Notes under the pieces: model-generated
The model's input: the letters and a program-made list of their open reading frames with translations, nothing else
What the model was told of the DNA's origin: nothing
The model's database searches: none
In this document: one piece after another, positions 31,204-41,343 of the stretch
Layout: every line of letters begins with the position of its first letter
How positions within the stretch are numbered: the stretch's first letter is position 1
Program-made: the position numbers and the translations under genes
NCBI GenBank assembly: GCA_963827275.1
Contig: CAWHAA010000004.1
Location: 576,001 to 640,000 of the forward strand
Reading direction: 5' to 3'
From: an uncultured Spirochaetota bacterium
GTDB taxonomy: Bacteria > Spirochaetota > UBA4802 > UBA5550
Length of the DNA: 64,000 nt

Positions 31204-31560
31204 ATGGTATCGATTTCATGCGAGAACCTGGGCGCCATTACCGTTATGACCATCGACGGTGAATTCTATATAGAAAGCATTGATCAGGCGGAAAAGATAT
31301 GGAATGAGCAGTTGTCGCGGCGCCCCAGGGTGATTGCTATTAATTGCAAGAATATCAAGTATATCGATTCTTCAGCGGTCGGGATACTGGTGAAATTCCT
31401 TAACAGCGCCATGAAAGTCAAGACGGAGCTGATTTTTTTCGATCTGAGCGAAATCATATTCAATGTGTTTAAGACCGCAAAATTGAGCAATTTTTTCAAA
31501 ATAATGTCCCGGACACAATTCGAGATGGAATATCTTGAAAAAACCAGGAAGAACGGCTGA
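31204..31560 (+). CDS. STAS domain anti-sigma factor antagonist
   Basis: IKYIDSSAVGILV...VFKTAKL. Confidence 0.85.
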   Translation: MVSISCENLGAITVMTIDGEFYIESIDQAEKIWNEQLSRRPRVIAINCKNIKYIDSSAVGILVKFLNSAMKVKTELIFFDLSEIIFNVFKTAKLSNFFKIMSRTQFEMEYLEKTRKNG

Positions 31561-32026
31561 TAATTAGAGGCTTTTATCATTTCCGGGCTTGTTTTTAATC
31601 TCTTTTTTTCTTCAATTTTATCTCCGGTTAATCCGGGTGTACCGCCTGTTTCCAGGTTATTCCTCCTGCCGCAAAAAATAATTTCTTGCCGCATCTGTTT
31701 TTGCCGAAAATAAAATAGGTACCTTTGTCGCTCATTGAAATAAATGCACAGAATGTTGCGGAAAAGGGATGCAAATTTAAGTGCAATTTTTTGTATATTA
31801 CATTTTTCTAAAAATGAATAAATTAATTGACATAAATAGTCAGATGTGGTAATTATGTCACATATTTCTACATTAATTTAATTATATTTTTATTTTTGCG
31901 GTGTTTATAATTAAATTAATAACAATCTGATGCCCTTGATTCGTGGTATGGAAATTTTAAAAGAAAATTTTTTTACTGCAGAGCCTACTATTGATATAAA
32001 ACAGATTTTTTAAAAAAGGAACCGAC

Positions 32027-32560
32027 ATGGGCGAAGAAGAAAAAGAAGAGATAATCGAGGAAGAAGAGGAAACGCCGAAGGAAGAAGAGGGGGGGCGACG
32101 CTTCGAGGCTTCGAAGATCGTCAAGATCCTGCTCTATGTCGCGGGCGGCGTGCTCCTTGTCGTGCTGGTGACCGGCATTTCCTACCTGGTGGCCAAGTAC
32201 GTCCAGGAGAGCAGCTACCAGAAACGCCAGGACATCGTGGCGGCGCCGCCGCCTGCGCCGCTGGCGAGCTTTGAGCTGCCGGATTTTTCAAAGACCACGG
32301 CGGACGCGGAGCCGCATTTCATCAAGATGAAGATCTCGCTCGCCTATGAACCGAATGTCGAGTTGAACAACGAGCTGGTCCAGCGCCGCGACCAGATACA
32401 GCACGTGGTGAACATCATTCTGCAGGGGAAAAAATACGAGGACCTTGATTCGGTGAGCGACACCGTCGCGCTCGCGGAGGAGATCAAGGCGCATGTGAAC
32501 GTCATACTGATATCAGGCAAAGTCAAGGAAGTGTATTTCAAGGAGCTGGTGGTCAACTAG
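32027..32560 (+). CDS. fliL: Flagellar basal body protein FliL
   Basis: Single TM helix; HFIKMKISL, RRDQI, EIKAHVN..L.SGKVKEVYF. Confidence 0.88.
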   Translation: MGEEEKEEIIEEEEETPKEEEGGRRFEASKIVKILLYVAGGVLLVVLVTGISYLVAKYVQESSYQKRQDIVAAPPPAPLASFELPDFSKTTADAEPHFIKMKISLAYEPNVELNNELVQRRDQIQHVVNIILQGKKYEDLDSVSDTVALAEEIKAHVNVILISGKVKEVYFKELVVN

Positions 32561-32607
32561 GCGCAGCCGGCATTTCGCAACGAGTCTAAGTATCGCGGGA
32601 GGAGCAT

Positions 32608-33660
32608 ATGGGTGATGGATCATTATCACAAGACGAAATAGATGCGCTATTACAGGGCGCTGAGGAGATGTTGCAGCCTTCCGGCGGGGCCGCGGCCGCG
32701 GATGCGGGCCGCGGGAGGGGCATATTCCCCCCGGGCGAAATGAATGTCATCCGCGACGCGCTCAACTCGGCGGTCGGGTCGGTGGCGCCCTCCCTGTCGG
32801 GATACCTCGGGGGGAGAAACCTCCGCATATCGCGTCCCTTCATCGAGGTGAAGAGCCAGGACGCCGTACGGGCCGATTTTTCGGGCCGCTACGTCCAGGT
32901 GGCCATGGATTTTTCAGGCGCGCTGAACGGGCGCAACCTTGTCATATTCAACTTTTCCGACGCCGGCTCGATCTCGTCGCTGATGATGGGAGACGACCGG
33001 GGTGTGCCGCCCGCGGAAATGTCCGAAGCGCACCAGAGCACCATACAGGAATTCACCAACCAGCTGCTCTCTTCAATGGCGACGCAGTTCAGCGGATCGC
33101 TGGGCGGCGGCATCAATACCACCCCGGCGATGCTGTCGCTGGCGGGCGGCGGCGGCGACCTCCAGTTGCCTCCGGGCGGTGAGCTGGTCAAGGTCACCTA
33201 CGACTTCGCGATCGACGGGGTCATGAATTCGAAGCTCTACCACGTGATGGACATCGGCATGGCGCAGGGGCTCTCAAACGCGACGGGCGGCATGACCCAG
33301 CCGGTGAGCCAGCCGCAGCAGTTTCCTGCGCACGCGGGGCAGGTCGGGATAAGCCCGGTGAAATTTCCGCCCCTTGACGAGGGCATACCGCCCAGCGTCG
33401 GGGGAAACATCTCACTGATACTGGACGTCCCGATGACCCTGACGGTCGAACTGGGGCGGACGACGCAGCTCGTGCAGGACATACTGGGACTTGGCGAAGG
33501 ATCGATCATAGAGCTCGATAAGCTCGCGGGCGAGCCGGTGGACCTCCTGGTCAACGGCAAGCTGATCGCGAAGGGCGAGGTCGTGGTAATCGACGAAAAT
33601 TTCGGGGTCCGGGTCACGGACATCGTCAGTCCTGCCGATCGGCTGGCGGGATTGCAATAA
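32608..33660 (+). CDS. fliY: Flagellar switch protein FliY/FliN
   Basis: N-terminal LSQDEIDALL, a CheC-like middle domain and a C-terminal FliN domain (LDVPMTLTVELG...GEVVVIDENFGVR). Confidence 0.85.
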   Translation: MGDGSLSQDEIDALLQGAEEMLQPSGGAAAADAGRGRGIFPPGEMNVIRDALNSAVGSVAPSLSGYLGGRNLRISRPFIEVKSQDAVRADFSGRYVQVAMDFSGALNGRNLVIFNFSDAGSISSLMMGDDRGVPPAEMSEAHQSTIQEFTNQLLSSMATQFSGSLGGGINTTPAMLSLAGGGGDLQLPPGGELVKVTYDFAIDGVMNSKLYHVMDIGMAQGLSNATGGMTQPVSQPQQFPAHAGQVGISPVKFPPLDEGIPPSVGGNISLILDVPMTLTVELGRTTQLVQDILGLGEGSIIELDKLAGEPVDLLVNGKLIAKGEVVVIDENFGVRVTDIVSPADRLAGLQ

Positions 33661-33702
33661 CATGGCGGTGGCGAGCATCGCCATATTTTTTTCTGTTTTT
33701 TA

Positions 33703-34509
33703 ATGAGACATAACGCAGGACGGATAATGAATACTAACAGGCCCTATCGTGTCGCGGTGATCATGCTGGCGGTGTTTGCGCTGTCCGCCGCCCTGTGCCC
33801 CCCCTCGCTTCTCGCCAAGCCGAAGCGGCAGGCGGCAAAGCAGGAATCGGTGAAGAAGGAGAAAAAGGAAGAGCCGCAGGAAGAGCGGGAGAGCGCCGTG
33901 CAGGCCGACGCCGAAAAGGATGCGGGCCGGGAGGAGGTCGCCGCCGCCGGGAAGGAAGCGACCGAGGGAGTCCCCGCGGGCGATTACAAAGAGGATGATT
34001 TCAGGCCGCAGGTGGAGGAAGAATCGGCCGCCTGGATGTTCATAAAGATGCTGCTGGTGCTGGGGATGTTCGCCGGCGGGTTCTATTATTTTTACCGCTT
34101 CGTCACCAGGCGGGCGGGCGGCTCTGTCTTCGGGGGCGAGGCGATCAAGGTGCTGTCGGTCGCCTCCCTCGGGCAGAACAAGTTCCTCCAGGTGGTCGAC
34201 CTGGCGGGGAAGGTGATCGTGGTTGGGGTTTCGGACAACGCGATCAGCCTGATAACCGAGATAACCGAGAAGGACCAGATAGACAGGATCCGCATCCTCT
34301 CCACCAGGACGCCGCCGCAGGCCGGCGCCGGGGGGTTCCAGGAGCAGATACTGGGCGAGGTAGGGAAGATCATCGGCCGCGTGAAAGAGCTCAGGAACCG
34401 CGGCCGCGGCCAGAGCAGGGTGGAGGTCGTGGATAACCCGGCGGACATTGAATACCTGCGCCGCCAGCGGAGCAGGCTGAAAGAGATGGAAGGGCGGGAC
34501 AATGAATAG
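33703..34509 (+). CDS. fliO: FliO/FliZ family protein
   Basis: TM helix then IKVLSVASLGQNKFLQVVDL; lies upstream of fliP. Confidence 0.8.
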   Translation: MRHNAGRIMNTNRPYRVAVIMLAVFALSAALCPPSLLAKPKRQAAKQESVKKEKKEEPQEERESAVQADAEKDAGREEVAAAGKEATEGVPAGDYKEDDFRPQVEEESAAWMFIKMLLVLGMFAGGFYYFYRFVTRRAGGSVFGGEAIKVLSVASLGQNKFLQVVDLAGKVIVVGVSDNAISLITEITEKDQIDRIRILSTRTPPQAGAGGFQEQILGEVGKIIGRVKELRNRGRGQSRVEVVDNPADIEYLRRQRSRLKEMEGRDNE

Positions 34510-35266
34510 AAAGACCGTTTTCATGGTCATGCTCATCATTCTCGCCGGCGCGGGCGCGGCCTTCGCGCAGGACGTGGGCGGACTGCGCATGCCGATCCCG
34601 CGGATCGCCTTCGACATACGGGAGGCTGCCGGCCCGAGGGAAACCGCGCTCTCGCTGCAGATACTCTTCCTGCTGACGATCCTCACGCTGGCGCCCGCCA
34701 TCATCATGATGATGACGGCCTTCACGCGCGTGGTCATCGTGCTCGATTTCATCAAGCGGGCCCTTTCGCTCCAGCAGATGCCGCCGAACCAGATCATCGT
34801 GGGGCTGTCCATCTTCCTGACCTTTTTCATCATGGCGCCCACCTTCACGCAGGTAAACGAACAGGCCCTGCAGCCGTACCTGAAGGGGAAGATCGACAGC
34901 GAGGCGTTTTTCAACAAGGGCATGGAGCCGATGCGGGGCTTCATGTTCCGGCAGACGCGCGAGAAGGACATCGCGCTGTTCATCAAGCTGGCGAAGATCC
35001 CGAAGCCGAAAACGCAGAAGGACGTGCCGAGCTACTGCCTGATACCCGCCTTCATGATCAGCGAGCTGAAGCGGGCGTTCGAGATCGGGATATACATTTT
35101 TATCCCCTTCATTGTCATAGATATGATCGTGGCGAGCGCGCTCATGGCCATGGGGATGATCATGCTCCCCCCGGTCATGATATCGCTGCCGTTCAAGATT
35201 ATTCTCTTTATCCTTGTGGACGGCTGGAACCTGCTCGCGTATGAGCTGGTGCGGTCGTTCAGGTAG
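34502..35266 (+). CDS. fliP: Flagellar export gate FliP
   Basis: LTILTLAP..MMTAFTR, PPNQ, LIPAFMISELK, LFILVDGW. Confidence 0.97.
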   Translation: MNRKTVFMVMLIILAGAGAAFAQDVGGLRMPIPRIAFDIREAAGPRETALSLQILFLLTILTLAPAIIMMMTAFTRVVIVLDFIKRALSLQQMPPNQIIVGLSIFLTFFIMAPTFTQVNEQALQPYLKGKIDSEAFFNKGMEPMRGFMFRQTREKDIALFIKLAKIPKPKTQKDVPSYCLIPAFMISELKRAFEIGIYIFIPFIVIDMIVASALMAMGMIMLPPVMISLPFKIILFILVDGWNLLAYELVRSFR

Positions 35267-35278
35267 CGGGGTGGCACG

Positions 35279-35542
35279 GTGACTGACGCGACGGTTATTA
35301 CGATGATGAGGGAATCGCTGATGACGATCATGATCGTCTCGGCCCCCATGCTGGGCGTGGGGATGTTCGTGGGCCTCATCATCTCGATTTTCCAGACCAC
35401 CACCTCGATCCAGGAGCAGACGCTCACGTTCGTGCCGAAGATCGTCGCGATATTCGTGATCATGATTGTTTTCGGCGCGTGGATGATACGGACGCTGGTG
35501 AATTACACGAACCATATGTTCATGATGATAGAGAAGCTATAG
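35279..35542 (+). CDS. fliQ: Flagellar export gate FliQ
   Basis: GLIISIFQTTTSIQEQTLTFVPKI. Confidence 0.96.
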   Translation: MTDATVITMMRESLMTIMIVSAPMLGVGMFVGLIISIFQTTTSIQEQTLTFVPKIVAIFVIMIVFGAWMIRTLVNYTNHMFMMIEKL

Positions 35543-35587
35543 CGGGACGCCTTCAAACAGGCGTAAAACAGGGGGCCGGCAGGCACG

Positions 35588-36369
35588 ATGTACTATTTCG
35601 TATACCATTTCCAGGTATTCATGCTGATCATGATGCGGATGAACGCCATGATCATGATAGCCCCCTTTTACTCGAGCGACGTGATCCCGTTCAGGATCAA
35701 GGCGCTCATATCGTTTCTGGTGTCGCTCGTGATCTTCCCGGTCGTGGTGTCCAAGGGGGCTACCAGATACCGGGCGACATGGGCGGGTACGCGCTCCTGG
35801 TCATGCAGGAGGTCGCGATCGGCCTTTTCATCGGGTTCCTGGTCTCGCTGATCTTTTCCGCGTTCCAGCTCTCGGGCGAGTTTTTCGCGGTGCAGCTGGG
35901 GTTCGGCATCAACGAGGTGCTGGACCCCGTCGCGCAGGTCAGCGTGCCGCTGGTGGGCCAGTTCAAGAACCTTATCGGGCTGCTCGTGCTGCTGGCCATG
36001 AACGGGCACCACATGATGCTGCAGGGCGTGTACCGGTCCTATGAGCTCGCCCCTATCATGAGCGTGCAGAAGGCGTTCCTCGGAGGGCTCTTGAAGCACG
36101 TGCTCTATACGTTTTCGGGCATGTTCGTGGTGGCGCTGAAGATCGCGCTGCCGATCGTGGGGATCGTGTTCCTCCTCGAGGTGAGCATGGGCGTGCTCTC
36201 GAAGGTGGCGCCCCAGATGAACATCATGATGCTGGGCTTCCCCTTCAAGATCACGGTCGCCTTTATTGTGATGATAGGGATCACCCCGCTTATCGTGCGG
36301 ATCATGTGGGTGTCGCTGGAGCGGGTGTTCGCGTTTATATTCAAGGTGCTGGCGGCCTGGCCGGGGTGA
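35588..36369 (+). CDS. fliR: Flagellar export gate FliR, split by a frameshift in a G run at 35755-35759
   Basis: The N-terminus (MYYFVYHFQVF...RIKALIS) and the remainder (EVAIG...PQMNIMMLGFP) are in different frames. Confidence 0.9.
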
Positions 36370-36388
36370 GGTCCTGAAGAGAAAGAGT

Positions 36389-37576
36389 ATGGCGGAATAT
36401 ATCATACATACATTCGGCAAGTACGACCGGTGGAGCGGTGACCCGTTCTTCGGCCGGCTTCCCTTTGACCTCCAGCTGTTCGCTGCCGAGGACGAGGGGC
36501 GCACGGAAGAACCGACCGAGAAAAAGCTCCGCGAGGCCCGTGAAAAGGGGCAGGTGGCCAGGACGGTCGAGCTGCCGCAGGCGGCCGTCGTCATTTTCGG
36601 CTTCATGGTGATCCTGATCTTCGGGTCGTGGATCTACGACATCATCGCCAGCCTCACGAGGTATTACCTCTCCTCCTTTTCCCGGTTCGCCGTGACGGAG
36701 CGGAGCCTGTTCCTCGAGTTTGTGAAGGTCTCGTACGAATCGGGAAAGATTCTTCTCCCGATATTCATTGCCGTCATGATTGCGGGGGTCCTGGGCAATA
36801 TCATCCAGGTCGGGTTCCAGGTTTCAACGCACCCGCTCAAGCTCGACTGGAACAAGATCAAGTTCGATCCCGCGACCGTCATGAAGCGGATATTTTTCTC
36901 GAAACAGGTGGCGATGAACCTGTTCAAGTCGGTCTTCAAGGTCCTCGCCATCGGCTTCGTGGCGTACCTGATCATCATGGCGGACCTGGACGACATACTC
37001 AAAACGCCGGACGTCTCTGTCGCGATGGCGCTCAGGATCATCATGATGACCGCGTTCAAGATAATCATCTGGTCGGCGGTGCTGCTCCTCGTCCTCTCGG
37101 TGCCGGACTATTTTTTCCAGAAGAGGGAGTTCATCGAATCGTTGAAGATGACCAAGGAAGAGATGAAGGAAGAGTTGAAGGAGACGATCGGCGACCCCTA
37201 CATCCGCGCGCGCCTCAGGGAGATGCAGCGGCAGAATTTATTGCGGGCGATGATGAGCAAGGAGGTCCCGAAGGCGGACGTGATCGTCACCAACCCGACC
37301 CATTACGCGGTGGCCCTGAAGTACGACCGGGCCATGATGCCGGCCCCCACGGTCGTGGCAAAGGGCGAGGACAGCATCGCGCTCAGGATCCGCGAGCTGG
37401 CGAAGGAGAACGGCGTTCCCATCCTCCAGAACCGGCCGCTGGCCCAGGAGATGTACAAGAGGCTGGAGGTCGGCGATATCATCCCGGAGGACCTTTTTTA
37501 CGCCGTGTCGCTGGTGTACGGCGAGCTGTACCGGAGCTATCCGGAGCGTTTCAGATACCTGGGAGAGGCGATATAG
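36389..37576 (+). CDS. flhB: Flagellar biosynthesis protein FlhB
   Basis: RTEEPTEKK..EAREKGQV, TNPTH autocleavage motif. Confidence 0.97.
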   Translation: MAEYIIHTFGKYDRWSGDPFFGRLPFDLQLFAAEDEGRTEEPTEKKLREAREKGQVARTVELPQAAVVIFGFMVILIFGSWIYDIIASLTRYYLSSFSRFAVTERSLFLEFVKVSYESGKILLPIFIAVMIAGVLGNIIQVGFQVSTHPLKLDWNKIKFDPATVMKRIFFSKQVAMNLFKSVFKVLAIGFVAYLIIMADLDDILKTPDVSVAMALRIIMMTAFKIIIWSAVLLLVLSVPDYFFQKREFIESLKMTKEEMKEELKETIGDPYIRARLREMQRQNLLRAMMSKEVPKADVIVTNPTHYAVALKYDRAMMPAPTVVAKGEDSIALRIRELAKENGVPILQNRPLAQEMYKRLEVGDIIPEDLFYAVSLVYGELYRSYPERFRYLGEAI

Positions 37577-37591
37577 TCATGAGGTGCTGCA

Positions 37592-39700
37592 ATGGCAGAT
37601 AGGAAAGGCGGCGGGTTCAGATCCCTGTTCGAAGACACGCAGTGGATGCAGAAGTCCGATATCCTGATGGGCATCGGCGTCGTTGCCGTGGTCGTCATGC
37701 TCATCATCCCGCTGCCCACGTTCCTGCTCGACTTTTTCCTGGCGGTGAGCATCATGTCGGGCATGCTGATCCTGATGATCGTCATGTTCATCGGGCGGAC
37801 GTTCGATTTTTCAGTGTTCCCGTCCCTGCTCCTTATCACGACGGTCTTCCGGCTGGCGCTGAACGTCTCCTCGACCAGGCTGATCCTCCTCCAGGGGGCG
37901 GCCTTTGACGGCAAGATCATCCGCGCCTTCGGCGAGTTCGTCGTCGGGGGGAATTACGTTGTCGGCTTTATCATCTTTATAATCCTGGTGGCGGTGCAGT
38001 TCATCGTTATCACCAAGGGCGCGACGCGGACGGCCGAGGTGGCGGCCCGGTTCACCCTGGACGCGATGCCCGGCAAGCAGATGAGCATCGATTCCGACCT
38101 CTCCAACGGCCTCATCACCGAGGACGAGGCCCGGACGCGGCGCGAAGAGATCCGGCGTGAAGCGGACTTCTACGGGGCGATGGACGGCGCCTCGAAGTTC
38201 GTGCAGGGCGACGTCAAGGTCGCCATCGTCATTACATTCATTAATATCATCGGCGGGTTCATCATCGGCATGGTGATGCGCGGCGAATCCTTCGACGTCG
38301 CGATCAGGACCTACACCCTGCTGACCATCGGCGAGGGCCTGGTGGCCCAGATCCCGTCGCTGCTCATAACGACGGCGACCGGTATCATCGTGACCCGGGC
38401 CGTCTCGAATGAGAACATGGGCAAGGACCTCGGCGACCAGCTCGGTTCGCAGCCGCGCGCGCTCCTCCTCACCGCGGCGACCCTGGGCGTGGCGATCATC
38501 ATCCCGGGCTTCCCGAAGATCGCCCTCCTGATACTCTCGGTGGGGCTCGGTGCCCTCGGCGTGGTGCTGATCCAGGCACAGAGCGAGGAAAAGGATAAGG
38601 TGGAGCGGAAGGAGAAGGAGGCCGCCCTCAAGGAGCACCGGCCCGAGGAAGTCACCCAGCTCGTGCAGGTCGACCCGCTGGAAGTGGAGATCGGCTACAA
38701 CCTGATACCGCTGGTCGATCCCGACCAGGGCGGCACCCTGCTCGAACGGATCACCAACATCAGGCGGCGGAGCGCCCTCGACATGGGGCTCATCGTGCCG
38801 CCCATACGCATACGGGACAACATGGAGCTCGAACCCGAGGTGTACTCGATCCTGATCAAGGGCGTCGAGGTGGGCCGCGGCTCGCTGCAGGTGGACAAGC
38901 TCATGGCGATGGATTCGGGCGAAGTGACGGAGAAGATCGAGGGGCAGGAGCTGACCGAGCCGGTCTTCGGCCTGAAGGCGATATGGATCAAGACGGACGT
39001 ACGCGACATCGCGGAGAGCCGCGGGTACACCGTGGTGGACTGCCCCACCATCATCGCGACGCACCTGACCGAGATCATCAAGCGTCATGCCGACGAGATC
39101 CTGGGACGGCAGGAGGTGCAGAAGCTGATCGACTCGGTGAAAGAGGACTACCCCGCGGTGGTGCGCGAGCTTGTCGAAGAGCACAAGATGAACCTCGGCG
39201 AGATACAGAAAGTGCTCCAGAGCCTGCTGCGCGAGCGCGTTTCGATACGGAACATTGTCACGATCCTGGAGACGCTGTCGAGCTACGTGACCTACTCCAA
39301 GGACCCGAGCTTCCTCGCGGAGTACGTGCGCATCGCGCTCTCGCGGCAGATCACCAAGGACTACCTGGACAAGTCGGGCACGCTGTCGGTCATAACGGTG
39401 GACCCCGAGATAGAGACGATCATACGGAACTCGATACACGAGGACCCGATAGAGGGGCCGGTGCTGGCCATGGACCCGACGACCCACCAGACGGTGGTGG
39501 ATTCGCTCCTCGATGCGTTCCGGAGGTCAAAGGCGATGGGGCATTCGCCGGTGTACCTGGTGTCGCCGCAGATACGGCGGGTCACCTTCGCACTCCTGGA
39601 GCGGGAGATGCCGGCACCGGTAGTGCTGTCGTATAACGAAATTTCAAGCTCGGTGAAGGTGGAAGTGGTGGTGTCCGCGCTGCTGTCGAGCGCCGCGTAG
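37592..39700 (+). CDS. flhA: Flagellar biosynthesis protein FlhA
   Basis: EVAARFTLDAMPGKQMSID, FYGAMDGASKFV. Confidence 0.98.
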   Translation: MADRKGGGFRSLFEDTQWMQKSDILMGIGVVAVVVMLIIPLPTFLLDFFLAVSIMSGMLILMIVMFIGRTFDFSVFPSLLLITTVFRLALNVSSTRLILLQGAAFDGKIIRAFGEFVVGGNYVVGFIIFIILVAVQFIVITKGATRTAEVAARFTLDAMPGKQMSIDSDLSNGLITEDEARTRREEIRREADFYGAMDGASKFVQGDVKVAIVITFINIIGGFIIGMVMRGESFDVAIRTYTLLTIGEGLVAQIPSLLITTATGIIVTRAVSNENMGKDLGDQLGSQPRALLLTAATLGVAIIIPGFPKIALLILSVGLGALGVVLIQAQSEEKDKVERKEKEAALKEHRPEEVTQLVQVDPLEVEIGYNLIPLVDPDQGGTLLERITNIRRRSALDMGLIVPPIRIRDNMELEPEVYSILIKGVEVGRGSLQVDKLMAMDSGEVTEKIEGQELTEPVFGLKAIWIKTDVRDIAESRGYTVVDCPTIIATHLTEIIKRHADEILGRQEVQKLIDSVKEDYPAVVRELVEEHKMNLGEIQKVLQSLLRERVSIRNIVTILETLSSYVTYSKDPSFLAEYVRIALSRQITKDYLDKSGTLSVITVDPEIETIIRNSIHEDPIEGPVLAMDPTTHQTVVDSLLDAFRRSKAMGHSPVYLVSPQIRRVTFALLEREMPAPVVLSYNEISSSVKVEVVVSALLSSAA

Positions 39701-39721
39701 CGGCGCTCGACAGCAGCGCGG
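39675..39721. repeat. Perfect 22-bp inverted repeat spanning the flhA stop codon
   Basis: ccgcgctgctgtcgagcgccgc-gta-gcggcgctcgacagcagcgcgg. Confidence 0.9.
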
Positions 39722-39900
39722 GTGAGATATATTCAATGCTATGACGAGTTTTGCGTTTGTCCCGGGCATCACGGTCCGCTTGCACGCCGCGTATATACAT
39801 CCTTGTATAACGCGGCGACCGGCGGCCTCCGTGCCGCCTGCTCGCCGTACCGTAATGCCCGGGACTGATGCCGAGAGAATTATTAACAGGGGTGTATGAA

Positions 39901-41313
39901 ATGAGATACATTAAAATCCGGGGTAACAACTACAACGAAGTCATGATGAAGCTGAAGATGGAATACGGCGATGACGCCATCCCCATCAGCCATAAATTTG
40001 TAAAGGAAGGCGGGTTCTTCAACTCGAAGCTCTTTGCGCGCGAGGTGGTCGAGCTCACCGCCGCGGTACAGGAGCGCAAGTTCAAGTCGAGCCTCCTCAG
40101 CGAGAAACGGAAGATCGATTTTACGGTCGATGATCCTGTCGAGAAGACGGCCGCCCAGCCCCAGAAGAGCAGGCTCGGCGATATGTTCGAGCGCGCCGCT
40201 GCATCGGCGCCGAACAGGCCCGCGGCGCCGCCGCGGCCCGCACCGGAGAAGAAATCGGCGGGTTCCAGCTTCAACGAGAAGCTGAACGAGGTGTATGAGG
40301 GGATAGCCGAGCACGCAAAGGCGTCGCCTGCACCTGCGCCGGAACCGGAGCCGGAGCCGATACGGGCGGCCGAAGCCGAGATCGCGGCGCCGGTCAGGAG
40401 TGCCCGGGCTGACGCGGTGCCGGAAGGGGACGTGCGTTTCGAAAAGGAACTGGACGAGATAAAACGGGCGATCTACAAGATGACGACGGAGCGGACCGCC
40501 GCGGCCGATACCGCCTCCGGTGAGGACGTTACTATCCGCCCGTTCCGGGATGCCCTGAAAAACAATGACTATGACGACGAGCAGTGCCGGGCGATACTGT
40601 CCGAGATGAAGAATTCCATCAGCAAAGAGGACCTGAAGGACAAGTTCAAGATCGAAAAAAGCCTGAAAGATTTATTGAAGAGCAGGATCGTGACGACCGG
40701 CCCGATACAGAAGGGGAACAGAAAGAAAATTGTCATGTTCATAGGGCCCACCGGCGTCGGGAAAACGACCACCATGGCCAAGCTGGGTGCGATCAATTCC
40801 CTCAGGGAGGGGAATTCGGTCGCCTTCGTGACCATCGACAATTACCGCATCGCGGCGACGGAACAGCTGAAAAAGTACGCCGAGATCATGAATATCCCCA
40901 TCTACGCGGTGAACAACCAGAAGGAATTCAAGGAGATCATTACCAGCGACAAGTCGGATATAATCATGGTGGACACGTCGGGCAGGAGCCACCGGAATGA
41001 CCTGAAGATATCGGAAATCAAGAGTTTCGCGGATTCCGTGGAATATGACTGCGAAAAGATACTCTGTGTCAGCGCGAACACTAAAAAAAGCGATCTGAAC
41101 GATGTCTTCAGGGCCTTCGATACGGTCCATTTTGACAGCGTAATTATCACGAAAGTTGATGAAACTTCTTATATCGGCAATGTCATTGATATTGCCGATA
41201 AATATAATAAGCCGATATCATATTATACGAACGGGCAGGAAGTGCCCAATGACATCATTATCGCCGATCCGGATAAGATTGTTGACATGATGATCGGGAA
41301 TGTTTATAATTAA
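39901..41313 (+). CDS. flhF: Flagellar SRP-like GTPase FlhF
   Basis: GPTGVGKTTT, DNYRIAA, DTSGR, TKVDE, GQEVP. Confidence 0.95.
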   Translation: MRYIKIRGNNYNEVMMKLKMEYGDDAIPISHKFVKEGGFFNSKLFAREVVELTAAVQERKFKSSLLSEKRKIDFTVDDPVEKTAAQPQKSRLGDMFERAAASAPNRPAAPPRPAPEKKSAGSSFNEKLNEVYEGIAEHAKASPAPAPEPEPEPIRAAEAEIAAPVRSARADAVPEGDVRFEKELDEIKRAIYKMTTERTAAADTASGEDVTIRPFRDALKNNDYDDEQCRAILSEMKNSISKEDLKDKFKIEKSLKDLLKSRIVTTGPIQKGNRKKIVMFIGPTGVGKTTTMAKLGAINSLREGNSVAFVTIDNYRIAATEQLKKYAEIMNIPIYAVNNQKEFKEIITSDKSDIIMVDTSGRSHRNDLKISEIKSFADSVEYDCEKILCVSANTKKSDLNDVFRAFDTVHFDSVIITKVDETSYIGNVIDIADKYNKPISYYTNGQEVPNDIIIADPDKIVDMMIGNVYN

Positions 41314-41343
41314 ACCAGGCAGAAGAGCGTAAGGAGGTCCCCC

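Noticed and set aside
37811..39487. Long antisense ORFs (558 aa here; also 25216..26457, 33700..34986, 7517..8707, 44230..45213)
   Set aside because: They are shadows of well-supported genes on the other strand, expected with high GC at third codon positions, and show no recognisable motifs.
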